From positions 186,001 through 250,000 of IMG/VR virus record IMGVR_UViG_3300034117_001582: 64,000 nucleotides of DNA. One strand, given 5' to 3'. Shown here in pieces: positions 48,177 through 57,140 of this stretch. The notes under the pieces were generated by a model. It ran no database searches, was not told the origin of the DNA, and saw only the letters and a program-made list of their open reading frames with translations. The translations under genes were made by a program, and so were the position numbers. How positions within the stretch are numbered: the stretch's first letter is position 1; every line of letters starts with the position of its first letter.

Positions 48177-48653
48177 AGTATTATTGTTTAAATATAAATA
48201 CCCCTATTTTCCTAAAATTTTTCTGGAATTTTTTTTTAACATATAGGGGGTATTCCGACTTTTAAAGAATTTTTACCAAAATATTTTTTAAGACCATATA
48301 CCCTTTTTTATAACCCATACTCTGCAAGAGGGATTGACCCCCCTTTTGACCCCTGACATTGTGTCAGAAAGAGGGAGGATACGGGGGAGGGGGCCCCCAT
48401 TAAATGAGGGGAGGGGGGTATGCCAAAGATATGAGGGGGGTAGACATAGGGGATGTTAGTTATCAACATAATGTTCATAAAGATATATGAAATAAATGTG
48501 GGGGATTGTTTGGCAGTATCAATAACATTCACTATCTTTGTATAGACAATGTGAGAGAGATGTCGGGCTGAGGGAACAACACCCTTTGGAGTGTAGACTC
48601 CAACCTGCCTTTATAATATATAATGGGACTTATAAATAATTATGTTAGACCCC

Positions 48654-48684
48654 CTTGTCATATGAGATATTATACTTATCTTTG
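48654..48684 (+). promoter_or_regulatory. Bacteroidetes-type promoter
   Basis: CTTG 48654-57, N19, TATCTTTG 48677-84. Confidence 0.55.
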
Positions 48685-48688
48685 TTAT

Positions 48689-48835
48689 ATGATTTTTATA
48701 TACATAACACTTATCTCGGTCATCCTTATTGTTGGGGTATCTATTATGATTCTTAAGTGTTCCCCATCTTCTAAGGTGTCCTCGTTTATTCGTAGACATA
48801 TCATTACTGATGAAGACCTTGAACCATTGGACTAA
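48689..48835 (+). CDS. Small single-TM protein
   Basis: MIFIYITLISVILIVGVSIMILKC...; start just after the promoter. Confidence 0.55.
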   Translation: MIFIYITLISVILIVGVSIMILKCSPSSKVSSFIRRHIITDEDLEPLD

Positions 48836-49149
48836 TCCCCATAGAACTCTTCCATCTTTTGTATTCCCATGTTTACTATTGTAGTTCTTATATCATGGTA
48901 GTCATCCTCAGATAAATTATAGTATTGATTTAAAAACTGTAATACATCTGACATGTGGGCATCAACTATTACAAATTGTCTTTTACTTACAATTGGTTTC
49001 TTACTCCATCCCTTCTTAGCAAATTCAAAATAGATTACACCATCATCGGTTAATCCCTCCTTATGTTTGAATATACATTTAATCCCCTTACTATCCTCAG
49101 TAATCATTGGGGAGTATTGTTCTATGATAAATTTTTCTATTACGTTCAT
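48832..49149 (-). CDS. Hypothetical protein
   Basis: 105-aa ORF, MNVIEKFIIEQ...MITED; TATTTAT upstream. Confidence 0.65.
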   Translation of the reverse strand: MNVIEKFIIEQYSPMITEDSKGIKCIFKHKEGLTDDGVIYFEFAKKGWSKKPIVSKRQFVIVDAHMSDVLQFLNQYYNLSEDDYHDIRTTIVNMGIQKMEEFYGD

Positions 49150-50103
49150 AACTATACATTAAGGTTAATAAATATATTCCATAATGTGAATAACAAATGG
49201 GGATGACAGTATGTCAGGAGGGAATTGTTGATAACTATTTATGTTAATTTATTTGATTTTGTCAAAATGTCAGTCAGCGAACACGAACGGGACAATCCCT
49301 TTTCCCACTTTATCCCACATCTTCTTACCACTATTTACCACCACAATTCCCTCTGTTGCTATAGTGAGACTAATAAATCCCCTCTATCAGTACCGCCATA
49401 AAGGTTTTTTTAGGTATACAGATTTTCCAGCTAAAAATTGTATTAATACTGTAGAGGCGGCCGAGACGTAGTCTTATAGTTCTTCCAACGTATAGGGAAC
49501 CGAAAATATCCCCTTCAACGTGTCATTAAGTCATATCACCAACGTTTAAGACCTCTATAGTTTAGTGGTAATATGTGGGACAATTAGTCATATCATATAA
49601 ATCAGGTTTCACCTGACCACAGTGATATATAACATCAGTCCCTCTAATAAGTTCTATGTATATTATTCCCTTATACATAACGAAGTTATTCTATATATGA
49701 ATTACTTTAAAGAACACCATATACCACATGTGAATGTCTACCACTATTATGGGGAGAGGTCGAAGACCGATTAAATGGGGGGAACTATCAGGTAAACTTT
49801 CTATACCTGAGAACCTCATCATGTAAAAGAACTATACATTATCTTATCGTAATGTGGATTACTGTAATGACCATTACATTACTGTTTAAGATATGTCCCA
49901 TTAATTACCACATATCCTTTATACAAAGGTAACGATTACTCTTGTTTTTTATACGAAGGTAAAGATTACTCTCGTTAAGAGTATAGGATAAATTTATGAG
50001 GTGAATTCCGTAGTGATAACGGAGGACTATGAACCGAATGAATTAATCGTATAGTCTAACTTACTTTCCCTATAATGTAGAGGATTAGTTATTTTATACA
50101 TTA

Positions 50104-51225
50104 TTATGCGTAGTTAACGTCTCTTGTTGTATCTATTTTTGCAAACTCCTGAGAGTAATCGTATATCTTATTTAAATCCACCTCTATATATGAATCATAC
50201 TCATCTTTTACTGTTTTTGTTGCGGTATTAAAAAGTGTTTTAACGTCATGTGCGTCAGTATCATTAATAAACAATTTAAAATTTAATAACGTAATATCTT
50301 CTGTACTTTTGAATGGTATCTTCATTAAATTATTCTCGTAAACCACATTAAAAACATTATCACCACTTTTAATCTTAACATTATCTTTTATTAATTTAAT
50401 AAAATTATCTAATGTTCCAAAATCATCTACCCCTAAAAGTCTTTTTAAATTTTGAACTCTTGATGAATTTTCAGTAGCAGAGTTACCGTAATCGGTATTA
50501 GTATTAACGGAAATTTGGGGGCCTTTAGCGTCTTCTGGTAAATAATCCACACCCTTACTGATAAAATACCCGCTAAGGCAGTGATTAAACTCGTGTACTA
50601 AAATTAACATAATAGAGTTTTTATTAACGTCACTTGGAAATACATTTTTAACACAAAAATTCAACTTAGAATATTCACCTTTAATAACAAACCCACCTGT
50701 AGAATCGTCACATGTCAAACTAAAAACTAAATTTACACTATTTAAAAAGTTTTTTAATTCATTTTTTTGTTTGTTATCCCATGCCGTTATCACGCCTTTT
50801 AATTTTACCTCCTCTTCTTTTACCATATCATTAAAAAACTCAAGGGTTTCTTTTGCTCTTTGTAATTCAGAAATATTGGCATTTTTTAACCCATTAACTT
50901 TGTTTTGCCAATTAATTACTTGTTTTTTATATTTTTCTAAATCTTCTGTATTGTATTTAGAACCTTTTCCTATTTTTTCTTGAACTTTTTTATTGAACCA
51001 CTCGCTATCTATGTATTTTAACATGTAAGTTTTTGCTTCTGTAAAAAATGGTTTAACAAAATTTTCAACCTCTGTTATTTTTTCTTGTTCGGTTTTGGCT
51101 TTGTCTTCCCAATAGGCTCGAAGGGTATTTAAATTAATGTTTTTTAATTTACAAGCATCATCCACTTCCTCTTTAATTACACCCATTATTGATTGTATTC
51201 TTCTTATGTTTTCGTGTAAATTCAT
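50104..51225 (-). CDS. MNLHENIRRIQ-leader HExxH metallopeptidase-like protein
   Basis: ILVHEFNHC...ENSSRV..LKRLL; paralog of 53720. Confidence 0.7.
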   Translation of the reverse strand: MNLHENIRRIQSIMGVIKEEVDDACKLKNINLNTLRAYWEDKAKTEQEKITEVENFVKPFFTEAKTYMLKYIDSEWFNKKVQEKIGKGSKYNTEDLEKYKKQVINWQNKVNGLKNANISELQRAKETLEFFNDMVKEEEVKLKGVITAWDNKQKNELKNFLNSVNLVFSLTCDDSTGGFVIKGEYSKLNFCVKNVFPSDVNKNSIMLILVHEFNHCLSGYFISKGVDYLPEDAKGPQISVNTNTDYGNSATENSSRVQNLKRLLGVDDFGTLDNFIKLIKDNVKIKSGDNVFNVVYENNLMKIPFKSTEDITLLNFKLFINDTDAHDVKTLFNTATKTVKDEYDSYIEVDLNKIYDYSQEFAKIDTTRDVNYA

Positions 51226-51285
51226 ATTAATAAATATATCATAAATAAAAATCCCCCCATCTTTACAAGTGGAGGATTAGTCATT

Positions 51286-51987
51286 TTATGGTACTTGTTG
51301 TAACCCTAACTCAAAGTAGTCATACTCGTTGTTGTAAAATCTTGGATTGTTTACAAATATATTATACATTGGAAGTAAAATGTTATGTAACTCTTCTTTC
51401 CATTCGTCGTAGTCAGTTTCTGTCATATCACTTATAAAATATTTAGGTTTTACTTTTTCTAATGTTCGTTCTAAATTGTCTTGAAGATTAGTTTTTCTTA
51501 GGTTTGTTATATTTCCATAAACATATACTTCTACTTCAGGGTCATTTGTTGTGACATGCGTGGTTTCATAATCAAAGTCAAACTCATAACGATAAAACAC
51601 CCCCGAAAAATCAATATGTTTAATTTGTTTTCCACTAACATTAAGATGTGTTCTATCTTCTTTTGATACATAACAATTGTTTCTGATATTTTTCATCCAT
51701 GAAGCAAAATGCTTATATTTGTTAAAATCAGTGTTTGTCATATCACAAAATGATTTAAACTCATCATGTAAAACTTGAGTTAGTATTGTTTTTGAATATG
51801 AATAATCATTTGGGTTTTTAACTTTCCATTTTATTTGTAACCCTGTCCATTTTGGAACTAAAAAAAGTCCTTCGAATTCTATTGGGTTTTCATTTAAATA
51901 ATTATAATAGTAATACTTTACAGGATTTTCTTTAGGGTTGGTTCTTTCTTCCCTTAATACTCTTCTTATGTTCTCTTGTAGGTTCAT
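51286..51987 (-). CDS. MNLQENI-leader hypothetical protein
   Basis: MNLQENIRRVLREE; ATGA overlap with the upstream gene. Confidence 0.8.
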   Translation of the reverse strand: MNLQENIRRVLREERTNPKENPVKYYYYNYLNENPIEFEGLFLVPKWTGLQIKWKVKNPNDYSYSKTILTQVLHDEFKSFCDMTNTDFNKYKHFASWMKNIRNNCYVSKEDRTHLNVSGKQIKHIDFSGVFYRYEFDFDYETTHVTTNDPEVEVYVYGNITNLRKTNLQDNLERTLEKVKPKYFISDMTETDYDEWKEELHNILLPMYNIFVNNPRFYNNEYDYFELGLQQVP

Positions 51988-52715
51988 TCTGATAAATCTA
52001 TAAACCAAGCAGATATTGGCACGTTTAGTTGGTTGGCGATGGTTGATCGTTTGTGTCCACCAATTAATGTATATTCATTTCCTTCTCTTCCGCCTGTTGG
52101 TAATTTCATTACAAATGGTGCTGGAAGTTCTCTATGTTTTTCATTTCTTATTTTTTCTATATTATCAACATAACCTTTGTGACGTTGTTTAACTTCTCCA
52201 TCATCGCCTGTCATTTGTTTAATTAAACCTGATGATGTGGTATCTTTAAACATTCCTGGAAACTCTTTTGAGAATCTACCCATATAAAATGTGTTATTTA
52301 TCATATCATTATCCCATTCTTCCATTCTTCCTTTATTAAACAAATTAAACCCTTCCATTTGTGATTGTCCATCTTTTAATAAAACTTGTCTAAAATCCTC
52401 CCAATCATCCATTAAATCAGATATTTCTTTATCTAATAGAATGTCTTTAATTTCTTGTTCATCATCCACTTCACTTCCTTTTGAATGTTCGGCAATCATT
52501 TTGAATGTATGAGGAAATATGGAATACATTAAATCATAATTTTGTGGGTGAAAGAATTCATCTTTACTGAACCTCATATTATTTCCCAATAGTTCATCTA
52601 ACTCTTGGTTAAAGTATTCTACTGTTGGTTCTAACCAAGTGATAGAATATGGATTTGATATCTCATTTAACCCCATCATTGATTTAATTCTTTGTATGTT
52701 TTCTTGTAGGTTCAT
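51984..52715 (-). CDS. MNLQENI-leader protein with a C-terminal ParB/Srx-like motif
   Basis: LPAPFVMK...YTLIGGHKRSTIA. Confidence 0.55.
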   Translation of the reverse strand: MNLQENIQRIKSMMGLNEISNPYSITWLEPTVEYFNQELDELLGNNMRFSKDEFFHPQNYDLMYSIFPHTFKMIAEHSKGSEVDDEQEIKDILLDKEISDLMDDWEDFRQVLLKDGQSQMEGFNLFNKGRMEEWDNDMINNTFYMGRFSKEFPGMFKDTTSSGLIKQMTGDDGEVKQRHKGYVDNIEKIRNEKHRELPAPFVMKLPTGGREGNEYTLIGGHKRSTIANQLNVPISAWFIDLSE

Positions 52716-52728
52716 ATTAATGAATATA

Positions 52729-52938
52729 TTATTTTTTGATAATTCTTATTCTTTTTTTTTCAATCCAATTTTTTAATTCTTGAGTTTCTGGTACTTCAGT
52801 TAAAACAAACTCCCTAATATAATCATCGGCTAAAAAATTTGGTAAATTAACGGGTTGAAATCCCATTTCGTTTTTTGTGATTAAGACCAAATGATTTTTT
52901 TTTCTTTTGTGTCTTTTGGTGGGTATTAGTTTTTTCAT
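52729..52938 (-). CDS. Small basic hypothetical protein
   Basis: 69-aa ORF filling the gap between cassettes. Confidence 0.55.
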   Translation of the reverse strand: MKKLIPTKRHKRKKNHLVLITKNEMGFQPVNLPNFLADDYIREFVLTEVPETQELKNWIEKKRIRIIKK

Positions 52939-52978
52939 TTATGTTTTATTATTCTTTTTATATAACCTTGTAGGTTCA

Positions 52979-53296
52979 TTACTTTGTCTTCTTAACACAA
53001 TTAGGATATCGTTTACCAAACATTGTCTTCATACCTTTTTGAGTATATCCTGCCCAACATCTCTCTGTAAGTTCACCTTCTTTCATCTCACTTTGTTTAC
53101 GTTTACCTTGACAGTGAGCTCTTTGACTAAATCCTTTTGGGTTATTGCAGTCGATTGATTTTTTATACTTTTCTGACCACTTTTCTGTAACATCCCCTTC
53201 TCCCATCTCTTCGTCATTTTTTATTGTATTTTCATTGATTACTCTTTTAACTAACAAAATAAGGTCTGATTCCGTTAACCGTATTACTTTTTTCAT
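52979..53296 (-). CDS. LTESDL-leader protein carrying two Cys-paired mini-modules
   Basis: VTE-KWSEKYKKSIDCNNPKGFSQRAHCQG; LTE-RCWAGYTQKGMKTMFGKRYPNCVKK. Confidence 0.8.
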   Translation of the reverse strand: MKKVIRLTESDLILLVKRVINENTIKNDEEMGEGDVTEKWSEKYKKSIDCNNPKGFSQRAHCQGKRKQSEMKEGELTERCWAGYTQKGMKTMFGKRYPNCVKKTK

Positions 53297-53297
53297 A

Positions 53298-53705
53298 TTA
53301 TCTATTGTATGGCCTAAACCTTGATGGGTTTGATTTTATTGCTGACTTTGGGAATTTTAATCCAACACCCTGTTGTCTTGCGTTCTTTAATGTTCTTGCG
53401 TATTCGGTTAGTTCTTCATTTCCCATATCATCAATAGCCTTTACTAATTTATGGCATTTCTCTGATACCTCACCCTTTTCGTGATCAGTTATTGATAATT
53501 TTACTTTGTTGTAATTTATTTTAATATCAGGATGATGATTTTGTGATTCGGCAATCTTCGCAACTTTATTAACAAATTCCATTGATTCATTAAAATCTTT
53601 GAATTTAAAAGTTCTTTCTAATTTTTGCTCTGAATCACTCCAACCTTTGGATTCATTCATATTTATCATTTCCTGTATTCTTCTTATGTTCTCTTGTAGG
53701 TTCAT
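53298..53705 (-). CDS. phhB: Pterin-4a-carbinolamine dehydratase (PCD/PhhB) fused to the MNLQENI leader
   Basis: GW...KLERTFKFKDFNESMEFVNKVAKIAESQNHHPDIKINYNKV. Confidence 0.85.
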   Translation of the reverse strand: MNLQENIRRIQEMINMNESKGWSDSEQKLERTFKFKDFNESMEFVNKVAKIAESQNHHPDIKINYNKVKLSITDHEKGEVSEKCHKLVKAIDDMGNEELTEYARTLKNARQQGVGLKFPKSAIKSNPSRFRPYNR

Positions 53706-53719
53706 ATTATATGAATATA

Positions 53720-54787
53720 TTATGCGTAGTTAACATCATTATTTGTATTTATTTTTGCAAATTGTATTGAGTAGTCATATATTTCTTTTAAATTGATTTT
53801 TAGTAAAGAAAGATTTAAATCTATCATATAATCTCCTACTGATATGGCATCTGATGCCGTCATTTCATATTTTTTTCTATAAAAATCATATTTGTTTACC
53901 ATTTCAGGATCTTCAGTGTATTCATTAAATAACCACCAAACGTCAATAGCGTCTACATTGTTAATATTAATCCTAACGTCTATCCATTTCAATCGTTTAT
54001 CGGATTTTTTATTGTTTTTACCATATATTTTTATTAAATTACCATCATATTCCACTTTATCAATAACTACCTTATCGTCTTGCCCTGAAAACTTAACGTT
54101 ATCTTTTATTAATTTAATAAAATTATCTAATGTTCCAAAATCGGTTACATTTAAAAGTCTTTTAAGTGTTTTAATACGAGCCGAATGTTCGTTATTTGAT
54201 TTACCATAATCCTTATCCCATTCTTTAGGATAACGTTCCCCATACCATTTTGAATCAATATTGGATGGTAAATAGTTAGATACACCAATATTTTTAAAAT
54301 AAAAAGAAATACAATGGTCAAATTCATGGACTAAAATTAATATACCCTCATTTTTATTAACACCATTAGGAAATATATTTTTAGTACAAAAATTAAGATT
54401 AGAATATTTGTCTTCATTAACAAACCCACCTACTTTGGGTTGACAGATTGGATCATCCGAATTAAAAACTAAATTTACATTATTTATAAAGTCTTTTAAT
54501 TCTTTTTTTTGTTTATCACCCCAATCTCCATTTGTGAACTCAATAAGTTTTTTATTGAACCATTCACTGTCTACGTATTTTAACATGTAAGTTCTTGCTT
54601 GAGTAAAAAATGGTTTAACAAAATTTTCAACCTCTGTTATTTTTTCTTGTTCGGTTTTAGATTTGTCTTCCCAATATTTTTTTAAAGTAATAGGGTCAAC
54701 ATGTTTTAATTTACAAGCATCATCCACTTCCTCTTTAATTACCCCCATCATTTCCTGTATTCTTCTTATGTTCTCTTGTAGGTTCAT
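53720..54787 (-). CDS. MNLQENI-leader HExxH metallopeptidase-like protein
   Basis: ILVHEFDHC...EHSARI..LKRLL; paralog of 50104. Confidence 0.7.
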   Translation of the reverse strand: MNLQENIRRIQEMMGVIKEEVDDACKLKHVDPITLKKYWEDKSKTEQEKITEVENFVKPFFTQARTYMLKYVDSEWFNKKLIEFTNGDWGDKQKKELKDFINNVNLVFNSDDPICQPKVGGFVNEDKYSNLNFCTKNIFPNGVNKNEGILILVHEFDHCISFYFKNIGVSNYLPSNIDSKWYGERYPKEWDKDYGKSNNEHSARIKTLKRLLNVTDFGTLDNFIKLIKDNVKFSGQDDKVVIDKVEYDGNLIKIYGKNNKKSDKRLKWIDVRININNVDAIDVWWLFNEYTEDPEMVNKYDFYRKKYEMTASDAISVGDYMIDLNLSLLKINLKEIYDYSIQFAKINTNNDVNYA

Positions 54788-54802
54788 AATGATAAATACT
54801 TT

Positions 54803-55516
54803 TTACATATGAATTATTTTCCACTTACCTTTAAAATCCTCCACAAGACATGTGGAGTTCTCACAGAAGTCCCCACTGTTCATATAGTCCACATCTAACT
54901 TAGGTTGATGGATGTGTCCACATACCGCGACATCACATCCTTTTTGTTTTGATAATCCTTTTGCGTTCTCCTCAAAATCAGATACAAAGTTGATTGCTCC
55001 CTTTACAGATTGTTTAATATCATTTGCCAAGGAATGGTATGGTAAGTTAAACTTTCTTCTAATATAGTTGTATATCGTATTTAATCTAATAACTAAATCG
55101 TATGACCATCCACCAAGAACTGCCAACCATCTTACTTTCATAATCACAAAGTCTAATACATCCCCATGAAAACAATAATAACTTCTTCCGTCCGCTCCAA
55201 TGTGTGTGTATTTTCTAACAATCTCTATGTTGTTTAATAAGAACGGAACAAATGGTTTTAAAAAGTCATCGTGGTTTCCCCTGATATACACTACCTTTGT
55301 TCCATCTTCTGATCGTTTCATAAAACGTCTGAATATCTTTGAGCAATCTTTTTTCCATTTACCTCCACCCTTTAATGCCCATCCATCAATAATATCACCA
55401 TTTAATATTAGTGTTTCAGATTCATTCTCTTCCAAGAACTTAATTATCTTGTCTGTTTGTGATTGTCTGGCACCTAAGTGTAAATCACTCATTATAATTG
55501 TTCTCCACTTTTTCAT
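54803..55516 (-). CDS. LpxH/YbbF-like metallophosphoesterase (UDP-2,3-diacylglucosamine hydrolase family)
   Basis: SDLHLG...LNGDIIDGW...GNHD...FHGD...CGHIH...NSGDF. Confidence 0.88.
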   Translation of the reverse strand: MKKWRTIIMSDLHLGARQSQTDKIIKFLEENESETLILNGDIIDGWALKGGGKWKKDCSKIFRRFMKRSEDGTKVVYIRGNHDDFLKPFVPFLLNNIEIVRKYTHIGADGRSYYCFHGDVLDFVIMKVRWLAVLGGWSYDLVIRLNTIYNYIRRKFNLPYHSLANDIKQSVKGAINFVSDFEENAKGLSKQKGCDVAVCGHIHQPKLDVDYMNSGDFCENSTCLVEDFKGKWKIIHM

Positions 55517-55833
55517 ATAAATAAAGATATGTATTGTGCTAATTTATAACCTGTAAATGCCCCAATGGCGGCAGATCCAGGAAGAATAATAAATTTACCC
55601 AATTTTGTTTTATACTTTTCACGATTTACAATGTATGAGATTAATAAATAATATAATATAAAATTTATAAATACCATAAAATCAAGCTCCTTTGACATAA
55701 AAACAACAATTGAGTTACCAATAAGTCCCCACATAAAATTTATAATGGTTTCTCTTATTAACTCAAATGGTGTTGTAATGGCCCCAAATATATTAATTTG
55801 TTTGCTCATGGGATTTTGTTTATTTTTTTTCAT
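55513..55833 (-). CDS. Small multi-pass membrane protein
   Basis: Three hydrophobic segments; ATGA overlaps on both sides. Confidence 0.7.
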   Translation of the reverse strand: MKKNKQNPMSKQINIFGAITTPFELIRETIINFMWGLIGNSIVVFMSKELDFMVFINFILYYLLISYIVNREKYKTKLGKFIILPGSAAIGAFTGYKLAQYISLFI

Positions 55834-56552
55834 TTCCAATAGTCTTTGTCGTTTGTAAAATATTCTTTATTTTTATTATTGAAGAATGATGACAACATTA
55901 GTCTTAACATATACATCACACCTTTGTTTTCAAATCTTCTTGGTGGTGTATATACAATATTGTTTATTCTTCCGAATTTCTTTGGTTTAATTTGTTTTGA
56001 GAACATATAATCTTCTGCGACTTTAATCTCTTCATCAAAACCTCCAATTGATTTAAACGTCTCTGAACGAACTAACATGTATCCACCTAAACAGAATGGT
56101 GTTGACCACTTGGAAAGTGCTTGTATTAAGTCAAACACCTTATATACGTAGTTATATCTTCCATTGTCTGAACGGAACTTTGTTGTTACTAAATCTAAAT
56201 GGTATCTATGTATTCTTACTACCGATCGTTTTAGTACCTTTGGATCTAATAGGAACACATCAGCATCCATAAACAACACATATGGTGTTGTAACAAGTTT
56301 GAATCCGTTGTTTCTTGCTATTGCTGGAAGTCCACCATCCATTAAATGTAAATCAAACATATCTGAATTATGTTCATATTCTATTCTACCCAACAGGGCA
56401 AATTTTGTTACACCATCGTTTGATGCGTCACATACAACAACTTTTACGTTATGTATATCAACCTGATAGTTTAACAGGTCCAACGTTTTTAATATAATAT
56501 CCTTCTCGTTCTTACAAGGTATTACGATCGTTACTAATTTACTTAAATCCAT
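55830..56552 (-). CDS. Glycosyltransferase family 2
   Basis: VTIVIPCKNE...VVCDAS...ARNNG...YVLFMDAD...GGFDE...AED. Confidence 0.92.
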   Translation of the reverse strand: MDLSKLVTIVIPCKNEKDIILKTLDLLNYQVDIHNVKVVVCDASNDGVTKFALLGRIEYEHNSDMFDLHLMDGGLPAIARNNGFKLVTTPYVLFMDADVFLLDPKVLKRSVVRIHRYHLDLVTTKFRSDNGRYNYVYKVFDLIQALSKWSTPFCLGGYMLVRSETFKSIGGFDEEIKVAEDYMFSKQIKPKKFGRINNIVYTPPRRFENKGVMYMLRLMLSSFFNNKNKEYFTNDKDYWK

Positions 56553-56630
56553 ATTCGTTTAATATAATAATAATCCACCATATTTACAAGTGGAGAATAA
56601 AATTTATATTCAGCAATATCCAAATTTAAT

Positions 56631-57140
56631 TTATTTTTGACACCCAGGACTTTTGGGGTTCATTTTTTTACAATGGGTTCCTGTATAATAATCCCAACCT
56701 TTTTCAGAGTGACCAATTGATGTTTTTTCAAAAATATTTGGTTCAAAAAAAGTATTTAATTTATTAATAATTTCATTATATACTTTTATAACTTCGCCAT
56801 CCCATTTTTTATTTTTTTCAGCATCAAATTTTACACTTTCCATACTTGATTTAAAATAACCAACTAAACCAACTAATTTAGGAACGTCATCAATAGTTTC
56901 ACCTTCTTTTAAATTTTCATATTTTTCTTTATCGTAGTATTTACCATCAACTTTAACATAAAAATTTAACATACGTTCCACATTGTCTTTTAACTCTAAA
57001 ATTGCGCTTATATGTGTTTTTTCATTATTATCACTTTTTAAGTTTAATTTATTTTTTATATATTCTAAACTGTTAGTGTTTTCCTCAGATAAGGTTATCA
57101 TCATTGATTTAATCCTTTGTATGTTTTCTTGTAGGTTCAT
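56631..57140 (-). CDS. MNLQENI-leader hypothetical protein
   Basis: MNLQENIQRIKSMMITLSEE. Confidence 0.8.
   Translation of the reverse strand: MNLQENIQRIKSMMITLSEENTNSLEYIKNKLNLKSDNNEKTHISAILELKDNVERMLNFYVKVDGKYYDKEKYENLKEGETIDDVPKLVGLVGYFKSSMESVKFDAEKNKKWDGEVIKVYNEIINKLNTFFEPNIFEKTSIGHSEKGWDYYTGTHCKKMNPKSPGCQK

Larger units (their letters stand above)
41257..48200 (-). repeat. Family of about 12 intergenic cassette-boundary repeats (terminator hairpin + TTTTTTGTTTT + ~10 nt + TATTTAT + ATG on the minus strand)
   Basis: Plus-strand ATAAATA..AAAACAAAAAACCCC..GGG(G) near 41257, 42723, 43026, 43692, 44152, 44678, 45610, 46137 (aberrant), 46627, 47318 and 47752; partial copies near 42233 and 45095. 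Confidence 0.85.
48190..50100. other. Low-coding interval with DnaA-box-like 9-mers, TGACA-N3-TGTCA palindromes and G-tracts (candidate origin/control region)
   Basis: TGTGAATAA 49185-93; TTATCAACA 48460-68; TGTTGATAA ~49226; TGTGGATTA 49853-61; palindromes 48354-66 and 49204-16. Confidence 0.4.

Noticed and set aside
41257-48200. CRISPR array
   Set aside because: The repeats are degenerate, spaced 300-700 nt apart by full genes, and look like terminators. No cas genes are in the window.
41257-48200. Integron with attC sites
   Set aside because: No RYYYAAC...GTTRRRY box structure seen and no integrase in the window. The hairpins are C/G stems with T tails.
48308-49471. ORFs 48308-48532 (-), 48611-48799 (-) and 49241-49471 (+)
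   Set aside because: Atypical composition driven by G/C runs, or antisense to a better ORF. No promoter, motif or domain support.
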